A program made the translations under genes and the position numbers. The notes beneath the pieces are model-generated. The model was not told the DNA's origin. It saw only the letters and a program-made list of their open reading frames with translations, and made no database searches. Shown piece by piece: positions 51,841 to 61,956 of a stretch of 64,000 bases of DNA. Within the stretch, counting starts at the first letter, position 1. Each line of letters starts with the position of its first letter. The stretch lies in NCBI GenBank assembly GCA_009859145.1, contig VRVR01000003.1:443315-507314 (forward strand), in the 5' to 3' direction. The DNA comes from Andalucia godoyi And28. Lineage: Eukaryota > Protista > Jakobida.

Positions 51841-53457
51841 ATGAACGATCTGCTAGGTGTATTGTACTGCGAGTTTGATAATGACACAGGCCCAAAGCTC
51901 GTGTATTCGCATCCGTCGAATGCATTGCCATCCGAAGTGTTTGATGCGTGTTCCGAATATGTGATTACGCGAAGTGCAGTGTCCACGCGGGTCATCTCGT
52001 GTCGTCCGACTCCTCACCTGCATCTCGTTGGAGTGCCGATCTACATTGAAGGCGCAAAGTACCGGCGAAACGCTCTCATTTTCAACGGCGTCTTTGTGTT
52101 CCGCATTATGGATCTCGAATTCGACCCGATTCTCGCGGCACGGAACCGGTATCTTGCGTCCAAGTTTGCGTATTATCTGAAGCAGCTCGAAATGGAGTGC
52201 GCGTTCTTGTCCACACCTTTGACCAAGTCGAAGATTCCCGGAATCTTACAGACAATTTACGAAGGGCTTTCCTCAACGGGCTCGGCGGCAGTGCCTGTTG
52301 ACGATGCACACGTGCTTCATTTCAAGTTTCTGCCGTTTTGTCCATCGTCGAACGAAGACGACGTTAGCCACGCGATCGAACACGGGACCACGAATGAGTC
52401 CGGGAACGGCTCCGGGAGCGGCAACGAGATCGAGAAGAAACACGATCAGAGCTCAGTGCATGGCGTTGCAAAGACGCTTGCGCCCACACACAACCGCTCA
52501 GGCAGTGTCGAGAGCGACCAGGCAAGATCGGCTCGGCGATCGAGCAGTTCCGTGAGCACCTCGCTGCCCTTGGACAAGTCACGTGCGGAGATTGTGGCAA
52601 CTGTGACGACTGGGGCGACTGTGGCGACTGGGGCGACGGGTCTTGGCATATCCCATGTTCCGATTCTGGTGGCGGATCGCTCTCGAACGGATGCGTATTT
52701 TGAAAAATGCGATCTCACATCAAACATTGTGTTTCGAGCAATCGATGGCGTGCGCACCGTCAAGGACATTGACAAGGTGACGGGTGTGAGTCCGGTGTTC
52801 GTTCGGCAGGTTATCAGCGGTCTCATGTCGCAGGGACTTGTTCGCGTGATTGGCGCTTTCGGGATGCATAACATGTATCGATGGGGTCCGGAACTTTCGC
52901 TGACTACCATCCAAGAAGCGGTGACGTTGTGTTCATCGGTCCTCGAGCTACCGACGACTGTTATTCTTGCGCTGTTTTACTCGTTCCAGCCAGGAAACCG
53001 GCTCCGAGACATTTCAGGGCGCATTGACCACCTGCTGCGCAACAGTGAAGAGTGGAGCGAACGGTCTTTGTTTCGCGGACGGTCTCTGGATTGGAGGCAA
53101 ATTGTCACGGTGTGCGAGCTCTGTGGCTATGTGATTCGATACCACGAGTATCCGTTTTTGCTTGCGAACAACGTCCTTACACCACGTGTAGAACCGGCAC
53201 CAATGGTGTCGCTTCCATTTGGTCCAACTCTCTCGGGCTCTTCGGACAGCTCAACCTCCAGCGTCACGGTCAGGAGTCGCTTGGCCGCAGCGGCTGCGTG
53301 CGGTCTCTCGCACGAGCTGTTATTGGACCTTGCACGCTATGTCAGTGATGGAAACGGGCGCATTTGCATGGACGACATTATTTGCAAATTCCAGTGGAGC
53401 TACGAGACGGCAGTGGAGGCCGTTCGCTTTGCTGGGATGCGATGCTTGTGTCGATGA
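51841..53457 (+). CDS. NPRL2: GATOR1 subunit NPRL2/Npr2
   Basis: YCEFDNDTGPKLVYSHP, VGVPIYIEGAKYRRNALIFN, KFAYYLKQLEMECAFLS, DWRQIVTVCELCGYVIRYHEYP. Confidence 0.92.
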   Translation: MNDLLGVLYCEFDNDTGPKLVYSHPSNALPSEVFDACSEYVITRSAVSTRVISCRPTPHLHLVGVPIYIEGAKYRRNALIFNGVFVFRIMDLEFDPILAARNRYLASKFAYYLKQLEMECAFLSTPLTKSKIPGILQTIYEGLSSTGSAAVPVDDAHVLHFKFLPFCPSSNEDDVSHAIEHGTTNESGNGSGSGNEIEKKHDQSSVHGVAKTLAPTHNRSGSVESDQARSARRSSSSVSTSLPLDKSRAEIVATVTTGATVATGATGLGISHVPILVADRSRTDAYFEKCDLTSNIVFRAIDGVRTVKDIDKVTGVSPVFVRQVISGLMSQGLVRVIGAFGMHNMYRWGPELSLTTIQEAVTLCSSVLELPTTVILALFYSFQPGNRLRDISGRIDHLLRNSEEWSERSLFRGRSLDWRQIVTVCELCGYVIRYHEYPFLLANNVLTPRVEPAPMVSLPFGPTLSGSSDSSTSSVTVRSRLAAAAACGLSHELLLDLARYVSDGNGRICMDDIICKFQWSYETAVEAVRFAGMRCLCR

Positions 53458-53655
53458 CGGTTTTTTTGTTTTTGTTTTCCTTCGCGGTGTTCTTTTTCGA
53501 TTTTGATTTTGGCAAATACTGCTCTTCAGCAACATATTAATTTATCAATTATCAATTCTTCCGCTTGTTTTTCTTTCTTCTTTTAAAAAATATCCTCCAC
53601 ACTGTTTTCACAACTCAACGACTACAATACACTGCACAGCACTGCACAAGACAGC

Positions 53656-54672
53656 TTAAATCGACGCCAAGGATGGATTCTCGTGAGCAGTGGCTAGCCG
53701 AGCGGCCTGCCAAACGCCAACAAAAGCGCTCGTCTGCACCGTCTCTGTTGTTCCGGACGCTAGTCTGTACTCGATATCAGCAAGCTGGACAATGACAAAT
53801 GCTCGCACGGCGTTCAGAAACTCAAATTCAACTGCATGTTGCACGCATCTTCGAACAATATCGACAAGCGCAAGTCCTCGATCGAGCTTGATTTGCGCCA
53901 CACGATCCACAGCTTCTCGGAAAGAAAGCGTTAGGCATGTATTCACAATCTCGTCAATGTCTCGCGGATGCGGCGCACCTGCCGTGGAATACACAATGTC
54001 GTCGGTGATCAGCACATTGGCCGGCACCGCAAGCGCGCATGCTTGCAAGAGGTTTACGCATTTTCGCATGTCGCCGTCACCAATTCTCGACACTGCTTGA
54101 AGTCCAGACGCGTCAATCTTTAGATTCTCAACTTCTGCAATCGAGGCCAAACGACCTACAATAACCTCGTCGACAAGCGGACCAAACCGGAATTTTGTGC
54201 ATCGAGACTGCAACGCCGGAATGATCTTGTTTACAAAGTTGCAAATCAAGCAGAATCGTGCGTTCGATGTGTACTTTTCAATAATCCTTCGGAGAGCAGC
54301 TTGCGCATCCTGAGTCAGATGATCAGCCTCGTCGAGAACAATGAGTTTAAACATGTTGTTTCCAAAGATGTTCTTCGTTGATGCGAAATCCTTGATCTGC
54401 TCGCGAACAACATCAATGCCGCGCTCGTCCGAAGCATTCAGTTCAAGAACCTGGCAATTCGGAATCGATCGCGCACACGCAAGAATCGTCGAGGTCTTTC
54501 CTGTCCCAGCTGGCCCATAAAGCAAAAGATGCGGAAGCCGATCCGTCGCTACCATTTGCTTGATTGTGCTGATAATTTCCTGGTGAGAAATAACATCATC
54601 CAGCGATGCAGGCCGGTATTTTTCAACCCACGGAAGCGAAGAGAAGGACGATGATGACGACGAGGAAGACAT
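53656..54672 (-). CDS. RFC5: Replication factor C small subunit (RFC5; yeast Rfc3)
   Basis: LPWVEKYRP, LPHLLLYGPAGTGKTSTI, ELNASDERGIDVVREQI, LDEADHLTQDAQAALRRIIEKYT, ALQSRCTKFRFGPL. Confidence 0.93.
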   Translation of the reverse strand: MSSSSSSSSFSSLPWVEKYRPASLDDVISHQEIISTIKQMVATDRLPHLLLYGPAGTGKTSTILACARSIPNCQVLELNASDERGIDVVREQIKDFASTKNIFGNNMFKLIVLDEADHLTQDAQAALRRIIEKYTSNARFCLICNFVNKIIPALQSRCTKFRFGPLVDEVIVGRLASIAEVENLKIDASGLQAVSRIGDGDMRKCVNLLQACALAVPANVLITDDIVYSTAGAPHPRDIDEIVNTCLTLSFREAVDRVAQIKLDRGLALVDIVRRCVQHAVEFEFLNAVRAFVIVQLADIEYRLASGTTETVQTSAFVGVWQAARLATAHENPSLASI

Positions 54673-54994
54673 TTTAGTTCACAGAAGCACGACGGAATAA
54701 AACACTCACACACGTGCACGCACACCAAACAAACCACAGAAAAAATGAAAATGAAAAAAAGAAAAAGAAAAGAAAAGAAAAAGGCCAATGAAATAAAATA
54801 AAAAATGCAGGAAAAAACTCAATGCGCTTGATGAAAGCATAAAAAACAGGCGGGAACGCATTGATGAACGAAATAAAGGGGGATTTGGCGGGGAGACATT
54901 CCTATGAAAGTGCAGCAGGAAAAGACTGTGTTTATTGTGGATGCGTAAAGTTCGATTCAGACAATCGCACTGTGCGTGGGAAAGCAGAGAGAAT

Positions 54995-56353
54995 TTAATA
55001 TTCCTCGGCACCTTCCTCCTCACCCTCGCCGTCGGCAGACTCGGCTCCGACCTCCTCGTAGTCCTTCTCAAGGGCTGCAAGATCCTCGCGGGCCTCGGAG
55101 AACTCACCCTCCTCCATACCCTCACCAACATACCAGTGGACGAAGGCACGCTTGGCGTACATGAGATCGAACTTGTGGTCCATGCGGGAGAGAACCTCGG
55201 CAATGGCAGTCGAGTTGGCCATCATGCACACAGAGCGCTGGACCTTGGCAAGATCACCTCCGGGGACAACGGTCGGGGGCTGGTAGTTGATACCAACCTT
55301 GAAACCAGTCGGGCACCAGTCAACGAACTGGATGGTACGCTTGGTCTTGATGGTGGCAATGGCGGCGTTCACGTCCTTGGGGACAACGTCTCCACGGTAC
55401 ATCAAGCAGCATGCCATGTACTTTCCGTGGCGGGGGTCGCACTTGGCCATCATCATGGCGGGCTCGAAGACCGAGTTGGTGATCTCGGCAACAGAGAGCT
55501 GCTCGTGATACGCCTTCTCCGCAGAGATGATCGGGGCATACGAGACGACGGGGAAGTGGATACGCGGGTACGGAACCAGGTTGGTCTGGAACTCGGTCAG
55601 ATCGACGTTCAGCGCACCATCGAAACGAAGGGAGGCGGTGATCGACGAGATGCACTGGGCAACCAAGCGGTTCAGGTTGGTGTAGGTCGGGCGCTCAATG
55701 TCAAGTGCACGGCGGCAGATGTCATACAAGGCCTCGTTGTCGACCAGGAAGGCGCAGTCCGAGTGCTCGATCATTCCGTGGCAGGCAAGAACGGTGTTGT
55801 ACGGCTCGACAACGGCGGTTGCAACCTGGGGAGACGGGAAAACTCCAAACTCGAGCTTCGACTTCTTGCCGTAGTCAACAGACAAGCGCTCCAAAAGGAG
55901 GGCGCCGAAACCGGAACCGGTACCACCACCGAATGCGTGGAAGACCAAGAATCCCTGGAGACCCGTGCAGTTGTCAGCCAACTTGCGGATGCGGTCGAGC
56001 GTCAGGTCGATGATTTCCTTTCCGATGGTGTAGTGTCCACGGGCGTAGTTGTTGGCGGCATCCTCCTTTCCGGAGATCAGCTGCTCGGGGTGGAACAGCT
56101 GGCGGTAGGTACCAGTACGGACCTCGTCAACGACCGTCGGTTCAAGATCGACGAAGACGCAGCGGGGAACATGCTTTCCAGCACCAGTCTCGGAGAAGAA
56201 GGTGTTGAAGGCATCATCCTCCATACCGATGGTCTTGTCAGAGGGCATCTGGCCGTCCGGCTGGATTCCGTGCTCGAGGCAGAACAGCTCCCAGCAGGCG
56301 TTACCAATCTGAGAACCAGCTTGGCCGACGTGGATCGAGATAACTTCACGCAT
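54995..56353 (-). CDS. TUBA: Alpha-tubulin
   Basis: [21 protein letters not shown]-terminal EEY; intronless, with strong C/G third-position bias. Confidence 0.99.
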   Translation of the reverse strand: MREVISIHVGQAGSQIGNACWELFCLEHGIQPDGQMPSDKTIGMEDDAFNTFFSETGAGKHVPRCVFVDLEPTVVDEVRTGTYRQLFHPEQLISGKEDAANNYARGHYTIGKEIIDLTLDRIRKLADNCTGLQGFLVFHAFGGGTGSGFGALLLERLSVDYGKKSKLEFGVFPSPQVATAVVEPYNTVLACHGMIEHSDCAFLVDNEALYDICRRALDIERPTYTNLNRLVAQCISSITASLRFDGALNVDLTEFQTNLVPYPRIHFPVVSYAPIISAEKAYHEQLSVAEITNSVFEPAMMMAKCDPRHGKYMACCLMYRGDVVPKDVNAAIATIKTKRTIQFVDWCPTGFKVGINYQPPTVVPGGDLAKVQRSVCMMANSTAIAEVLSRMDHKFDLMYAKRAFVHWYVGEGMEEGEFSEAREDLAALEKDYEEVGAESADGEGEEEGAEEY

Positions 56354-56924
56354 TGCTTCTTGTGACTACGAGGTTTTTAAAAAGACTAAACAAAAGCCGA
56401 TAATGAGGCAAGTTCAAATCAACAGTGGGGTGAGAAGAAAAGAAAGAGAAGAAAGAAGAAAAGGGGATAGAAAAACAGAAAACAAAAAGAGAAGGAAGAA
56501 AAACTAAGAAGGAATGGAAGGAGTAGGAAGAAAAGAAAACGGAATCCAGCCGAGATTGGACGCACCATCTGTTTGCACCGGTTTTTTTTTTTGGCGGGTG
56601 GGGTGGATCGAAATGAAAAAATGCAGCGCTAAACGCTGTTTGCGTTTAGGGCTCGAGAGGTCCTGCGTCGTTTTCAACGCTCACTTGATGCCCAAAATAT
56701 CTCTGGGGCACTTTTTTTCCCCTGGAGTTTTTCAATCCGCTGTAATGTAGCGTCAAGCCCCAAGCATCAGCGAGCGCATTGAGCACTACAGTCTCTGCTG
56801 ACACGTGTCTTGCTTTTTCTTCTTCCTGTCTGTCTCCCTTCCTTCCTTCCTTCCTTCCTTCCTTCTTTTCTTCTTTGTTGACGTGCTGGTCATTCCTCCT
56901 GCGTGTTCTCTGTGGTCGCACGGC

Positions 56925-57284
56925 ATGTCTTCACGAGTCCCGGCTGCGGGAAAAGCAGTGACTCTGACATCACTGACACACGTTGGCGCAGGTGCACCGA
57001 CGGGCTCTAACACGTCCATCGAGTATGTGCTGAAGCGAAAGTCGATTCCGGTATCCTGGTCGTATTTGCACGCATTTCTGAATGCTCGTGTTTCCAAACG
57101 AAAGCTTCAGTATGCGAGAAAGTCGCTTACTTCAGAGGATTGCGATGTTCTTGGAACTGCATGCGCCTTCAACTCTGCACTGTTCCTCAAATCGACCGAG
57201 CAAGTAGAATCAAATAAGGGTTCTCCGACGGCAGCGATCACGGCCCGAGAGCTGCTCCAGTGGTGCTCTGGAAGCAGATCGTAG
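56925..57284 (+). CDS. Small hypothetical protein (119 aa)
   Basis: ATG at 56925; a GC-balanced island between AT-rich spacers, not overlapping other genes; no motif recognised. Confidence 0.45.
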   Translation: MSSRVPAAGKAVTLTSLTHVGAGAPTGSNTSIEYVLKRKSIPVSWSYLHAFLNARVSKRKLQYARKSLTSEDCDVLGTACAFNSALFLKSTEQVESNKGSPTAAITARELLQWCSGSRS

Positions 57285-57717
57285 AGCCTGCTAAGTTCTT
57301 TTTTTTAATTGCATCGTCTTACATGTATCTTTTTTTCGTTTTTCTTTTTCTTTTTCTTTTTCTTTTTCTTTTTATATTATTATTGATTCTTTTTGGTTTT
57401 GTTCTCCCGAGACCTTTTTCTCCTTCTTTTTGCGGGGCGGTGTTGTTTTCGCTCTCGACAGTGTGACCGTTTTTGATGCGGAGTTTTCCTATGCCCCCTC
57501 CCCCCTCCCCCGGCGGTATTTCCGAATAAACCAGCAATCAGTATGCTGATGTTCGCCGCCCTCCTCGCTCCTTCCAATAATGAAAGCACGAATGATGTTG
57601 GCTTGGACGGGTGCAAGGAAAAGAGAAAAAGAAGAAGAAGAAGAAAAGAAACGTTTCTTTGTGGATTTTGAAGAAGCTAAGAGTAGTAATTATTTCTTTT
57701 AAAAAAAACCTCCCCAG

Positions 57718-60700
57718 TTACTGGACATACAACGAGGCAGCAAAGACGATGTCTCGCTTAATCTTCACCGAGCATTGCTGCATCTTGTCGAACAGCACGA
57801 GATCGCCGATAACACGGGCAGCATCACGGACTTCTCTGCAGGCCTGCTCAAGCTGTAGTATGGTTCGCACAATCGAACCCTCCTGAATTTCTGTCAGAGT
57901 GCAAATCTCGGAGAACGGCATACCACGGGCCCATTCATACGCAATCTGCATCATGGAAAAGTTGAGCACGCTCTTCACAAAATCGCTCGGTGCAATTTCC
58001 AAGCCCTTTTCCTGCTGCAACTCTCCGAGTTTGAGAGCGAGAGAGATGAGCATGGCCTTCGAACTCTTCATAAAGTCGGTTAGCTCCCCTTCCTCTCCAG
58101 ACTTTTCCTGCGCCAGAAACGCAGACAACACGCACACAATCTCCTCGGGTGCCAAGGGGGTTAGAAAATTCTGAAAAATCAACTCCGACACGAGGATGCA
58201 GTTGCACGAGTTCAGCTCACAACTGACTTTTCCTTTGAGCGTCACCGTCTTGAGTTCTGTCAGAAATCCGAGGCTCTGAAGGACTCTCACTCGGTTCGCA
58301 AAATCAGGCATGTGTGCGAGATTGTCGTCCAGGAGCGACACTTCCAGGTCCTGGCGCTGCTGGTCCAGCCGGGCATAGAGATCAAACTTCTCGAATGCTT
58401 CGACGAAGGAAGGACATCCGACATGGGGCGAGGCGAGTATGGCGCGCACAAGGATCTCAAGCCGCTGCGATCGATCGACAATATCGAGTTCGCGAATGCG
58501 CAACTCGTTCACCAAATCGTAGACTTCATATCGATGCATTTTTTTCCAAGACTCGGTCAACAAATCGAGGGCTTTCTTGACCTGAGCGGGGTTCGCCGAG
58601 GATCCCATGGGCAGATCTGTTACGCTAACTTTGGACTTTGCGACAAAAACGATGTTCGAGGGCATGACATCTATGAACTCCACGCTCCCTTCCAACAGAG
58701 AGGAGTCAAAGGGGACGAATGCAGACGAGTGGAGAATGCATTCCATCGGGGAAACAATCTTGTTGAGTTTGAGCATGAAAACACGAAATGCAAACCGATT
58801 TTGTGACGTGTCCGACAAGGAGCGAACCACAAAAGCAGGCGCCAGCATTCGGGTCTGCGGATGTTGGACAATAACAATGCGTCCGGTCTGCATGATTGAC
58901 GCGGCATGGCGAGAAGGAAGAAGCTCATTCTGCAACTGCTCGATCAACGCCATGGCGTCCTTGAACATCGAGTACGTTTCCGGAAGATTGGGAAACTCGT
59001 CCAAAAAGCGGCCGATGTCAACTTCATAGTCCTTGATTGCGGTTCGCATTTGCTTCAGCAAAGCACGCCGTACCGGCGCATCGCGCTCGGAATCAAACTC
59101 CGAGAAGGACTTCCTCATCATTTCCTCGACACCGAAACCTTCACCGCGTAACAAGTTAAGGATCATGTTGTAAGACAGACGAAACTGTGATACCAGCTGG
59201 GTCGGCACTCCGAGCATCATCTTCTGAAGGACGTGTTCTTCTGGAATTTCCGATTCGCAAAAAATCATGACGAGTCCAACTCGATCCAATCCACGTCGAC
59301 CTGCTCTGCCACTCATCTGCGTGTACTCTCCAGGAAGAAGGTACCGAAATTCTCGGCCATCATGCTTTCGAATGTGGCTGAACACAGCCGTGCGGGTGGG
59401 CATGTTGACTCCCATCGCAAACGTCTCGGTAGCGAAAAGTACCTTGCACAGTCCACGAGAAAACAAGATCTCGACAATCTCCTTTGCCAGCGGAAGCAGT
59501 CCTGCGTGGTGGATCCCAACGCCGTTCAGCAGCAAGTCTTGAATCTTGCGCAGCTGCGGCAGGTTTTTATCAGAGCCATGAAGTCGGCTGATGCTTTGTT
59601 GAAAGAAGTTCTTGATGGTTTTCTTCTCCTGCACAGTAGTCAGATCAGTTCCACGCAGAGAATCCGTGTACTCCTCGCACTTGCGCTTTGAGAACGAAAA
59701 TACCACGGCTGGCAGCTGATCATTCGACTGCAGTTTGGCAATCAGCCTGTTCCACTGCGATTTGGAAATTCCAGGGCGATTTGGCTTCCCAGGATTGAAG
59801 GCGGCTGCCTTTCCCACGTCTTTATGTGCGGATTTGTACGCCTGAACGGCTGCCCGATACCCAGTTTGCACGAACACCTTTTTCTCGTCGACAATTTTGT
59901 AGGTTTCCTGTTGGTAGTATAGATAGTGTTCCAGCGGAACGGGTCTTCGGAACGTTGAAATGACATGCACCATGACTTTCTTTGTTCTTCCAATCCAGTC
60001 AGCGAATTCAACGGCGTTTGGAACAGTGGCAGAAAGAAGGACGAGCTTTACCTGTGGAGGAAGCATAATCAAAACCTCCTCCCAGACAACACCGCGCTCA
60101 GCATCATTCACGTAGTGAACTTCGTCAAAAATTACCCACTCCACATCCTTGATGATGTCGGATCCTCTGTACAGCATCGACCTCAAAATCTCGGTCGTCA
60201 TGATGAGACACGACGCCGTCGCGTTGATCTGCACATCCCCGGTCAAAATCCCGACGCTGCCGAAACGCTCCTTGAAATCTCGGTATTTTTGATTCGAGAG
60301 AGTTTTGATGGGCGACGTATAGATGGCCCGCGTCATGTGACGCTTGGCGAGTGCAATTGCGTACTCTGCAACCACCGTCTTTCCTGCTGACGTGTGTGCC
60401 GCCACAAACACGGATTCGCCACGCTCCATGTGCAAGATGGCCTCCTTTTGAAACCCGTCAAGCTCGAAGGGATAATGCATTGCTAGATGCGGCTTAAGTG
60501 CTTCGAAATGCGACAGGTCTGCCTTTTGCGATATGGCCCACGTCTGGTTCGCATTTGCATTCGCGAATGCAAGCGCGTCTTCCGACGGTGTGGCTCCCAC
60601 TTCCTGCAGAAGCATTTGAGTATTCTTCACCATCGTTCGAGCTCGCTGCTGCAGTGCCTGCAGCCGAATGCTCGAGCTTTCGCCGGGCAACGCAGAAATC

Positions 60701-61342
60701 TCGGGGGCGTCGTCAACATCTTCCATGCTGTCCTTCATTTTCGTGTCCTTGCGCTTGGAATCAACTCCGTTGACTGATAAGCTTGAAGAATCCCATTGTG
60801 GAACAGGAAGCGTGCGCTCGGCGCCAATTTTGGCGGCCTCCTTGATCACAAATGGATGAAAAGCCGATGAAAGGTCCAGCAGCGACGCTGGATCGACAAA
60901 GGACGGAATCAAAGGGACCGATTCCAGGTCTTCGGGAACCTGCGACTCTGTCTGTTTCACGACTGGAATGTTGGAAAACGCTCCTCGCGACAATAGTTTG
61001 GAACCCTTGTACGGGACTCGAAGGCTGATCCAAGAAGGCGCGCGGATTTCACGCATTCCAAATCCTTCGATCGGGATCATCATTCTGTCAAGAACCGGAA
61101 CATCCAGGTCTCTCGGGCGCAAACACAACGGCTCGAATCTGCGTCCATTAGCAAATTGCACTCTCAAACACACATCCAACCACACATACATACAAATCGA
61201 GTCTGTTTTCGCCGTGTTGACGAAGAGGTGAGCAGCGGTAAGAAACGTGTCAAATGACATACGGTTTCGAAGGATCGCGCGCGAGAGCCAGGCGATCCAG
61301 GCGGTCTTCTAAACCTTGGAAGACTTGCCGCAGGTCCGTCAT
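57718..61342 (-). CDS. SKI2: Ski2 DExH RNA helicase; predicted exons 61263-61342, 61194-61202 and 57718-61138
   Basis: FELDGFQKEA, VAAHTSAGKT, DEVHYVND, LLSAT, FATETFAMGVNMP, QMSGRAGRRG, KRDIVFAASLYV. The 5' end was rebuilt with two GTATGT...CAG introns. Confidence 0.93.
61139..61193 (-). other. Predicted SKI2 intron 2 (55 nt)
   Basis: GTATGT...GCTAAT...GCAG on the minus strand. Confidence 0.75.
61203..61262 (-). other. Predicted SKI2 intron 1 (60 nt)
   Basis: GTATGT...GCTCAC...ACAG on the minus strand. Confidence 0.7.
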
Positions 61343-61956
61343 CCTACCTTACTGAACAGCGCACAAAAGATCGTACAAGCACCATGCACTCTGCAGACCG
61401 AAGAACTTTTCGCAGTGTTGGTTCTTGATATATTTGCGCTCGAGATTTCGACCATCGAGCAGCATCGACCATCGACCATCGACCATCGAGAATGGGGAGG
61501 TCTCTCTGCCGGACTTTGCCATTTTAAAAATATATTGTCTTTCTGTACGACGAGCAGCGGGAAACTGTCGAGCGGGCGTGGACATCAACGCATATTCCAC
61601 AAGAGCTGTCGTTTGTTTGAACAGGCGAGTTTTGCCTCTTCGACAGCCTCGGGGAGCAGAAGCCGGTCATCGTGGGCGGAAGGGTAGTAGTCAATTAATC
61701 GATGGGCAAGCGCAGACTGTCTGCAACGCATGCACGGTTAGGAAATGCGCGGAGCTCAAGAATTTCACAACTATAATTAGCGATTTGACATTTAAAAAAA
61801 TTAAAAAACAAAAATCAGCTTTTTTTTTAAAGCAGGAAACAAATCAAATCAAATCAAATCAAAAAAACAAAAGATTCATCCATTCACGATGCAATCCACC
61901 AAAAAGGCGATAGCAAGAAAACACACAGAGAAAGCCAAATACTTCTAGATAAGGGA

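Noticed and set aside
18342-56353. Apparent cluster of ciliary/centriolar genes (IFT56, WDR90, C19orf44-like, Tubby, alpha-tubulin)
   Set aside because: They are spread over 38 kb among unrelated genes, which is expected in a flagellate genome.
54935-56365. 476-aa plus-strand ORF
   Set aside because: Antisense shadow of alpha-tubulin caused by its biased codon use.
61450-61490. Short CCATCGA tandem repeat and an 83-aa minus-strand ORF upstream of SKI2
   Set aside because: Simple minisatellite in promoter or UTR; the ORF has no recognisable features.
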